A stretch of 53,928 bases of DNA, the filler included, from Jimgerdemannia flammicorona (Eukaryota): assembly GCA_003990765.1 (NCBI GenBank). It is 2 parts of 2 records of this genome, joined end to end, with 100 filler letters (N's around TTAATTAATTAA, not from the genome) between each part and the next. Parts side by side here need not be neighbours in the genome. Positions count along the whole stretch, not along the records: positions 27,015 to 53,928 come from RBNJ01000681.1; 1 more part is not named here. One strand, 5' to 3'. Position 1 is the first letter of the stretch, and the number at the start of each line of letters is the position of its first letter. Position numbers and translations under genes: made by a program. Shown here in pieces: positions 40,680 through 49,824 of the stretch. The notes below the pieces were generated by a model that worked only from the letters and a program-made list of their open reading frames with translations, did no database searches and had not been told where the DNA came from.

Positions 40680-43345
40680 GCATGTCATTCGGAATTTACT
40701 TTGCTCAGTCAAAGAAGGACATGTATAAAGCTTCCTTATACAATTCTAATCATATGGTATACAAATCTATCTACTATGAATTTGCCTTATATATATTACA
40801 TATGCATAAAGTTGGATAGTTTTACCGCATAATGTATACATGATGTACTATCGAAATACATAAATTCACGCAATTTATTATTATTTTCAATAAAGCGGAT
40901 CCGTTAAATTTCCGTGAGTTTATCTCTAAGTTTGAGATCTAGGACAGCCTTACTTACTATCCACACGGAAAATCATACAAAAAGGTTTACAACGTCTGCA
41001 GTGCATTCCCCGATATCCCGTCTTGTCCAATTTGCATTCGATGCACACCTTTCGGGGAGAATTCCGTTTTGTTTTCCTGCTGGTAGAGTGAACTCGACAT
41101 CGCCTTTTCTTCCTCAAGCAGTCTGGACATTCCTTGTATGGGATCGGTCTAGGAATCAAAGTGGCTCTGTTTGCGGTTTGGGTTTGTAGGACATCACATA
41201 CGCTAGAAGGGGGACCGGCAGGGAGTTGCTGCAAAATTGGCTCAGGCTCCGACGTTGCTTGATTTGCTGTGTCGCTATTAGCCAAGTGGCCGGCGCAGGT
41301 TTCCGTGGTGAAGCGAAATTCATCTGTTGGAAGGATGTCGTTGTTGTCCATAAACCCTTCATAATGCTCTAATGTGGAATTCTCATGAAGGGTATCTAAT
41401 TGTCCTCCTGCGCCAATTGCATCTAGGCAGAAAAGACACCATGGGAAACAAGGAGACATGCTACAAGAGCTGGTGATATTATTATGTCTTTTGGACCTAA
41501 AACGATTGACCGCGCTGCGCAAACGACAAGAGTCTTTTGATGTGTATGTGAAAAGAGAGCGTAATAGGGGATGGGGGTGGGCAATATGAAAAGTTTTGGT
41601 TGTACAGTAGTGTATGGATTTATAACCAAAAATTTAGTGGCGTCTTCCGAGTGTCATTAGTTATTCGGAAACAACATATTTGTATAACCAGCGCTCTCTT
41701 ACGTTTTTATATTTTTATATTTATTTATTTTATTTAAAGAGCCGTGTCAATATTACACCGGAGGGAATCTTTGCGCATGGCAGAATTCTTTCAATGGAAA
41801 TTAAGAAGCGGAAGGGTATTGTCGGAGCCGAAGACTATTGTCGGAAGCCGAAGGCTGGGGATGTTTCGTGCAATTCGTTATTACATAAATTTAGTCCCGT
41901 GGCAATTACAATTATGCTATTATTCAAATCACACGGACATTCGTAACAGAAGGTTCCATATATATTATGTCATCACGCCGCAACAGATCAGTCCCACCAG
42001 ATAATGAACAAATCCCCCGGGTTAACAGTAATCTACGCATCTAGATATCATGCAAAAATAATTACCTCACCCGGAATAGATCCAACGGTCCCTTTGCAGA
42101 AAAAATGAGCTTCGAAAAATTTGCCTGAGATCTGAATCCTGCATTGATGTTGCAAAATGTGTTGCAAAGTTAAAAGATTTATTTGAAAGAGAAGATAAGA
42201 ACTCGAATGGAACGACCCTGTACAATCATCCTAACTAGTTCTTCACACGTGGGGATGACCGAAAGAAGGAAGATGCCATGGATTGCCGACGAGTGCTATT
42301 GCTAACGAAATGTCAGAGACAATTTTTAGTCCACTATATCCAACAGCTTGGAACGTCCTATTCCAGCCTTCGGCATAAGCAAATCGTTACATTTTTGCCC
42401 TTGCAAATATATCGATCCGCGTTCAATAGCGGTCATTAGAAACCGAGATTTTCGAAAGCAGAGCACAGTTACTTTTCTATATTTGGAATTGAGGCCCATC
42501 TTCGTTCAATTATTTTTATACGCCCCGTGTTCTCGGGTACCGTGCCTAATTGCCTTTTACACGTCAGTGTTTATGGGTCAGCATTACAGCGGAAGCGACT
42601 GCTATAAATTACGCTTCTACTCGGATTTGGAACTCGTCCCTGGCTAAGACTCAAAATCACATGGAAATTCAATCGTCACACAAACGGCTTCGAAAAGGCG
42701 ACACATCCGCAAGCTCAACTAACGGAACGAGCAACTAAAAATGAAAAAGAATTATTCTGGGAAAACAGCGCCGGTATTTCAGGGCACCGACTCGCCCATG
42801 TCTCCTGCCTCCCGTCATGCGACCCTTGATCTTGGCTCTTCGGAGCCGAGTATCGCGCTCACTCGAAAAAGTCTCGCGCTTCCCGAACCGAAATATGTCG
42901 CTACGGAGTGCGGATTGACGCAGTAGCCTTTGGCTGTCGTCATGGCATGACGTACATGTTTACGAGCCCCGAAGAACGGAGCATGTGGTGATTCGAGTGT
43001 TTCGAAAATGGCTTCCACAATTGTATTAGTGTTGATGGTTCGGAAGTCGGAATCCGACCTCGCACAGACGGAATAAACTCGACGCTTCCTTTCCGCCAAT
43101 CGGTTCCATCAATAAACGGGACTAAGATATTTATGATGCACTATGCAGCGTTTGTTCAATGTCAATTTTCTATGCGACAAGAAAAATCCGTATTTAGCAA
43201 AATGGCGAAACGGTAATAATCCGATTACATTCGCCCGGCAGCGCTACTAAATTTTCGTGCACACTTTTATCGCACACATGAAGTTGCTTTACCGACAAAA
43301 TTCCTTTGGTTTGCGTAGAGCGAAAATCGCTTCCGCAATGTCACA
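40680..43345. repeat. Segmental repeat unit B
   Basis: Colinear, diverged copy of unit A in the same orientation. Confidence 0.85.
40950..41459 (-). CDS. Zinc-binding protein paralog B (CCCH module intact, Zn2Cys6 cluster degenerate)
   Basis: WCLF...LDT...EHY.GFMD...PTDE and ECPDCLRKKRRCRVH...KRNSP are shared with paralog A. The third cluster Cys is Tyr. First ATG at 41459. Confidence 0.65.
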   Translation of the reverse strand: MSPCFPWCLFCLDAIGAGGQLDTLHENSTLEHYEGFMDNNDILPTDEFRFTTETCAGHLANSDTANQATSEPEPILQQLPAGPPSSVCDVLQTQTANRATLIPRPIPYKECPDCLRKKRRCRVHSTSRKTKRNSPRKVCIECKLDKTGYRGMHCRRCKPFCMIFRVDSK

Positions 43346-44109
43346 TGATCCCAGTCACAACCAGCCACAACCAGGCTTCAATCTGTTTACCAATCAAGGG
43401 TTATCTATAATTGACAGCGGGAATTGCATAAATTTATTTACTCTCACATCACTTGTCCTTCTTCTCTTTTCTCCTATGTATTTCCCTCAAACCTTGCTGT
43501 TATTGCCCACAATTTCCAGATATAAAAAAACAGCTTAATTCTCCTCATTGCAATGGCAATATTATATATATAACAAAGACAGGTATCATTATAAAAATAA
43601 TTCAGCATTCTCACAAAATTCTAATACATTTATAGTATTTTTCAGAACTCCGGAATGCCAGTATATTATATAAATAAGAATATAGATTATATAGACCAGA
43701 ATGTAGTAAAAAAGGAATAAACTATAATTCATCTAGAATATTGATAAATTATATAAATATGAAGGCAGATTACATATCTAAATACTCAGAATTATTATTA
43801 AAATCAGGCAGTATATCGAACATATCTGAATATACTAAGATATAAATGTTTTTAGTATATAATTAGAAGATTACTATAGAAAAAAATATATATTAAATAA
43901 AATAAATAAAAAGTATATATCTCATAATTATATTTTAATATATTGAAATAAGTTAAGCTTCAGAGATGAGAGTAGTATAAATATTATTCTTAAGTATATA
44001 TATCATCTTTGCCATAGGCTCATAAATAAAATGAGATAGATAGTTACTATTAGTTATATATAAAAGAACTAATGATAATGAGATCTAATATAGTATACTA
44101 TATATATAT

Positions 44110-45312
44110 TGTGACAAGCAAGAGAATTGCACTAACGAAATCATAAATTAGCCATATACCATATCTAGTGCACCAAGCAACCAAGACTACTTTGCTGCAC
44201 CAACCTGTATATTTAGCCAGAAATACCAGAAACAGTATGTTTACCTATACCCTCAAGATACACCATACCCTCTCAAAGTACACCATACCCTCAAAGTACA
44301 CTGTACCCTCAGGGAACACTTGCCATAGTTAGCAATCTATAGTTAGCCATATAGCAATCAGATAGCAACCAACTTGTATAAATTACCCCAGAGATAAGAG
44401 TGAATAAAACCTCAGTCCGAAATTGAAGCAAAAGACAAGTCTGCCTACCACACTTCGAGAGGAACTCTACAGCCACTGCTAGGAGATTGTGAGCTTATTT
44501 CCCTACTCCGGTCCACTTTCTGATACAAAGAACAAGTCCGTTTTTGGTTCGCTTGCCAGATAAAGCCTGAAAATTTCCACCTTTCTGCCGCCAAAGAAAA
44601 TGCCTGCCTTTCTTGCTACAAGCCAGTCTATCTGACGCAACATCGCAGTAGAGTCAGTCTATCGACGTAACTCCATGCAAACGAAGCCAGTCTTGACGTA
44701 ACTTGCCAAGAACCTGAGTTAATTCCCAGTTAAAGCCGCCAGCACATTTCCCAGTTGAAACTGCCGTTTTCGAATTATCCGCATCCCCAGAGAACCCTGC
44801 CGATTCAGGAAGAATCCGTGATATCCAAGTTATCCGAGTTATCCAAATTATCTGCGTCATCTGAGTTATCCGAGCTATCCATGCCATCCGAGTTATTTCC
44901 CAGAAGCCTGCCGATTCAGGAAGAATCTGCGCCAGTACTGTTCTCAGTGAGCCAAATCGAGTTGTCCGCCAAATCCACATAAGGAGTATTGCCAAGATCG
45001 TCACGCATAAGGAATCCGCCTCGCTACACAAAATCGTCACCTACTTTTGGAGATCGTCGCGCTACACACGAATTCTACCAATTCCGAGTTGACCCAAGAA
45101 GGAAACCCATTCACACGAATCGCCGCTACACCCAGAGAACCATCCCAATTAGGAAATTGACATACAAATCACTCGCAGATATCCAATATTGACTATTATA
45201 CCACTAAACACCAAGAACATTTTGTTGCTTTTAACAAAGTAACTGGGGGCTCAAGCCAAACTACATCAACCCCCAACCTTGTAATTTGCCTCCATTGAGC
45301 CGGCACATTACA
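44110..45312 (+). repeat. 5' LTR of Gypsy B
   Basis: 44110-44419 matches 52860-53169. It ends GGCACATTACA just before the PBS. It has internal TACACCATACCCTC repeats (~44259-44310) and a 9-mer array. Confidence 0.88.
44812..44892. repeat. Nine tandem 9-mers (consensus TTATCCGAG) bracketed by a 21-bp direct repeat
   Basis: Units gaatccgtg/atatccaag/ttatccgag/ttatccaaa/ttatctgcg/tcatctgag/ttatccgag/ctatccatg/ccatccgag. CCTGCCGATTCAGGAAGAATC occurs at 44796 and 44907. Confidence 0.9.
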
Positions 45313-45314
45313 TT

Positions 45315-45332
45315 TGGGGGCTCAACTGGGAA
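45315..45332 (+). other. Primer-binding site, tRNA-Pro-like
   Basis: TGGGGGCTCAACTGGGAA lies 2 nt after the LTR-terminal CA and resembles the retroviral tRNA-Pro PBS TGGGGGCTCGTCCGGGAT. Confidence 0.7.
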
Positions 45333-45399
45333 AGATTTTAAAATCAATGTGACTTTTCAGCTCATAAGAACCCATAGTCAAACTGGATACATTTGATAC

Positions 45400-46900
45400 A
45401 ACACCATTCTCTGCCACCACAGGAGAACCAGTTATTACCAGCATCTGGACAGGAAGAGAAATAATCACCTCAAGACTTGCCAACTACCCAGCATCAGAAG
45501 GATCCCAGCCAGAAAATAGTATAGCTGAAAATCCCCAACCAGATCAACCAGACAATACAGGTGGCCCAATTGGAGATTTTGAAGAACTTGCTCAAGAACT
45601 AGAAGATCTCATCACACAAGCCCAAGATCATACAGCCAGGCACTCCATACCAGTCCCATCAATCTCACCAATAGAACCTTTACCACAAACCTTTGCAGAA
45701 GTGGAAGTAGCTCCCACAAGAATACCTAGACCTATTCTATATCATCCAAGATCCAGAACCCCATCTTTAGGATACCCAAGCACCCCTACTTCCAGTGATA
45801 GTTCAGGATCAGAATCAGGACCAGAACCAGAATCAGAAGAAAGTGATGATGAAATGGCCACCTCATTGCCAACCTTTGCAGGATACCCAGAGGAAGACCC
45901 CAGAGAATTTCTTGATAGAATTGAAGGAATTGTAGCTCTGAGAAATCTCTCAGATAAAAGAAAAATTGTCATTTATAAGGCCCAGCTCAGAGAACCAGCT
46001 AGAGGAATTTTCCACCAAACTGCGGATGACCCGAATTCAGAACTAGCAAGACAGATACAAGCAGCAGTGTCCAAAGAGCTAGAATATTCAGCCATGGTCT
46101 ACTGGCTTATTGAAAAGTATGCAGGGAATGAGACCCACCACAAGGCCCAGGAATCCATCATGGGAATGAAGATGAATCTTGGTGTATCACCCAGAGCCTT
46201 CTTCACAAGAATTCAGAAGAGAATGTATACTGCCAGGTTCAATGCCACCAATCAGGACATTATAGGTCCAATGACTTTCATGAATGGGATTCTACCAAAC
46301 ATTGCTCAGCATGTCTGCACTCTGGGCATCAGAAGGTCTGAGGAGCAAGTAGATGCAGCCCAAGGATTCTTTGATGTCAGTTAAGGAACCACCTGGAGTG
46401 ACCATGACAAGAAAGAAGATAAAGAAGACATTCTGGTCAAAGCCCCACAAGGACTCCTCCAAGAACAAGAGAGGTCTGAAGAAAGAAGGCCAGCCAAAGA
46501 AGGAAAGAAGGACAGAAGTGAAATCCAAGACCTCAGCTCCAAGTTGGATCAATTGGTTGAACAGATTGAAATACTCACTATATGTGAAAATTGGAGCTAC
46601 CAAGACAACAGAGGATACCCACCACAGAGGAGCCAAGGTTATCCACCAAGAGATAATAGGAGCTATCAGCAAGAGGAAAGGAGGTCCCTGTCCAAGATAG
46701 AGCCCAAGTTCAATATTTCTACTGTGGACAATTTGGACACTATGCCACGGAATGTGACAACAAAAGAAGTGAGTGAAGGGAATCAGAACCACCAAGCCGA
46801 AGAAATGACACCCAGCACAAGAAGGCAGAGGCCCATCCTGTTGAAGATTTTGAGGAAGCCAGTAACAGTGAAGATTACAGTAATCTAGATTTGTATCCTA
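45400..46900 (+). pseudogene. Gypsy B gag
   Basis: LPTFAGYPEEDPREFLDRIE capsid-like start. A frameshifted knuckle (Y<C)FYCGQFGHYATEC lies at ~46713-46755. Boundaries are approximate. Confidence 0.8.
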
Positions 46901-47369
46901 CTAAGATTACAACTCAAAAAACAGTCTACCCAGCAGAGAAGAGGAAGAGATCTGTTAGAAGGCTATCCAGAAATGTCAACAGAAGGATTATCCAAGAAGG
47001 AGACGAAGAACATGAAGAAGAACAGACAGAAACACCTCCCTGAACTCCCTCACCTTTTGTCTCTGAGACAAATGAGCTGCCACCAGAAGATGAAGAAATG
47101 GAACAAGAAGAACAGGAACCTGCTGCCCCAAAGCCCAAGAAGAAGTACACCCCAAAGACTATGCCTAGAGATATCTATAATGAAGTCTGGCAGAAGATTC
47201 AAGAAGCCAAGATGGAAGTCCCTCTCCTACAGTTCCTGCAACTGACACCAGCTGGAGTCCAAAACAAATTACTGAGGACCACCAGGTGTAGCACAGGCAG
47301 AGTTCCAATTCCACAGCAAGAGTCAGCTACCATTCCTATCCAAGCTGCAGAAAGACATGTCAGTACTTA

Positions 47370-47720
47370 CCTACATAGAGATATTAGAGGACAAAAGGCG
47401 AAAATTCTCATAGACACAGGAGCAGCTGTCTGTGTCATTGCCAAATGATTCCTGGATACCCTCCAATGGCCCATTGATGGACCATCCAACCTCAGCATCA
47501 TAGTAGCAGATGGAGCCCGAACTCAACCCATTGGAGAAGTACAAAACATCACTATTTCCCTTGAACACATTCAGTTCTCCATCCCAAAAGCTGTTGTTAC
47601 CAAAGCTATCACTTATGATATGATCCTTGGTACCAACTGGATGAAAGAGATGAATGCAGTTGTTGATATTGGTCAACAGGTACTCAAGTTTGACTACTGA
47701 GGCAAGAAGTACAGAGTCAA
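47370..47720 (+). pseudogene. Gypsy B aspartic protease
   Basis: KILIDTGAAVCVI...IVADG...PIGEV...YDMILGTNWM. Confidence 0.9.
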
Positions 47721-47904
47721 GGTGACCAGCTATGAGCAATCAAAGAAGAAGAAGAAGGTCACTATCCAAGAAAAATATGCCAGCAGTGAAGAATCTACCA
47801 CAGAGGAGAAAGAAGAATCCGAAGATGGAAACAATCCCAGACTTAATCCCTGGATCAACCTAGTGGATGATAGGCCAGAAGACAATGTATGGGTCAAGAA
47901 TACT

Positions 47905-48066
47905 GTTCCTATTACCATTGGAGCTATTGCGGGAGAAATCAAAGGATGCCCTACCTGCCTCAAGAGACACAGGTGTCCCAAGCACTCCTCCAAGATCATA
48001 GGAACAAGGAATTCGCCTGGCACAGCCTGCCCTGAGTGCAGAAGGAAGAAAAAGAAATACAGACAT
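47905..48066 (+). other. Tandem Cys/His zinc-finger insert in the Gypsy B polyprotein
   Basis: VPITIGAIAGEIKGCPTCLKRHRCPKHSSKIIGTRNSPGTACPECRRKKKK(Y<C)RH, in frame with the protease. Confidence 0.8.
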
Positions 48067-49029
48067 GTCCCAAAGACATCTGCAGCTGAAGCTGCAGAAG
48101 TACAAGCAATTTGGAATCAGGAATTATCAGAGGAAGAAGAAACCCTGGAATAAGAAGTTCCTGAACAAGAAACACCGAAAGAGGAAGAAGAAGTCCCTGA
48201 ACTCATCCCCTAGGATGACCCCTGCTGGACACTGCCTGAAGATGATGACCCATGGAAATATGAAAGAAGGACCCAGCACCACCCCCACTATTCCCAAGAA
48301 AGAAACTCATCAAGAAAGAGCTTTCTAGCTAGAAAGATGTTCATACCAAATGATCTTCCACTCACCCTGAGACTACTGTTATCAGTGCCACCTACTAGAC
48401 CAGCAGGAAAAACAGAAACCCCTGGAACCAGAATACCCAATGACAGTCATACAAGCAACTACCTTTCAAGAAGTAACTACCAAGTTATAAAGTAGATTTA
48501 GAGGACAAGGTCTCTTTATCTGAACAGAAGTATACCCATTATCTACCCTTCCCCAAACCTATGATCAAGATGGGTACTGATTCTCGAGACAACAGGAGAT
48601 CAATAACCAGGAACAACATTTCCGAGCAATGGGATATTGTAACCATGGCAGACATCCAGACTGCCGAGACTGCAGATACCAGAAAATTCACCTCAGTCAT
48701 GATGTTGTGATCCATACTTTGAAGAGAGAAGACAATAGAAGTCAGATTTGAAAAAGTCAGACCAAGAAGCCAAGGAAAAGGATTCTCAAGATCTATGATC
48801 TAGGAGAAGACCTCCTAGCCCTCATCAGACATACAACTCGCCAAGGATGGGCAGAAGATGCCACCAATTTCATGGAAGCCTTGGACCCTACAGGAAGAAG
48901 AGGAATCAATTATCTCTGAGATCCAACTACTGGAGCCAGGTGGCCACACCTCAATCTGAGAACCTGGAGGCTTTCCCCCAGTGGAGCCTCCGCCCTAGGT
49001 CAGCCCAAACTCAGCAGGGATATTGCCCA

Positions 49030-49433
49030 GTATGCTATATTGCATCCCAAGGCCAAACCCCTAACCAAAGCCCATCCAGAAGATGTAGGATATGACCTTT
49101 ACAGTCTGGAGGACCAGTCTATCAAGCCTGGAAAAACATTCATAGTCAGAACTGGACTAGCCATACAGCCACCTCAGGGAGCTTACATTCAACTGACCTC
49201 AAGGTCTGGGCTTGCCCAACAAGGAATAACAGTAGAAGGAGGAACTATTGACCCAGGATATACAGGCGAAATCAAGGTCATCCTACACAACAGTGGTACA
49301 GAATGGCACCAAATTATAAAAGGGCAGAAGATTGCTCAAGCAGTCTTCATGAAGGTCAAGACCCCACAGTTATAAGAAGTCTCTGGACTAACTGAAGGAA
49401 CAAGACAAGCCAAAGGGTTTGGAAGTTCAGATA
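49030..49433 (+). pseudogene. dUTPase domain of Gypsy B, between PR/ZnF and RT
   Basis: DVGYDLYS, SRSGLA, GGTIDPGYTGEIKV, GQKIAQ and RQAKGFGSS; one TAA at 49373. Confidence 0.93.
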
Positions 49434-49824
49434 AGAAGGAAGTACACCTCCTCCAAGTCAACCATCTCAAGAGGAATGTCCCTCAGCAAGTGTACTGCCA
49501 ACTAGTTAGATTGCACAAGAATCTCATTCTGGAGCCTGGAGAACAAACCACCTTCGAAATATTTGCACCACCTGATCCCAGAAACCTTTTCTTTGAACCC
49601 AGTGAAGATATCCCTCACCTAGACATAGAAGGACATACATTCCCAGACAAGATGAACCCAGTATACTCCCAAGGAACCAACTAAAGTTGGGAAACCATCA
49701 TCTTACTGAAAGGAATCATCATAGGACATCTGGTGCCGTTCCTAAGCTGAACTCATAGAGAAGTTTATAAATTAAACCTATCGGGAAATGGCAAAAGGTT
49801 CCAGAAGAAAGGAAAGGCCCCTCT

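Noticed and set aside
37950..40730. Short ORFs in the island spacers (38259-38474, 39734-40207, 40429-40728)
   Set aside because: No recognisable motifs, and the frames are not conserved between repeat units.
44654..45040. 128-aa minus-strand ORF with WITRIT repeats
   Set aside because: Translation by-product of the 9-bp LTR repeat array.
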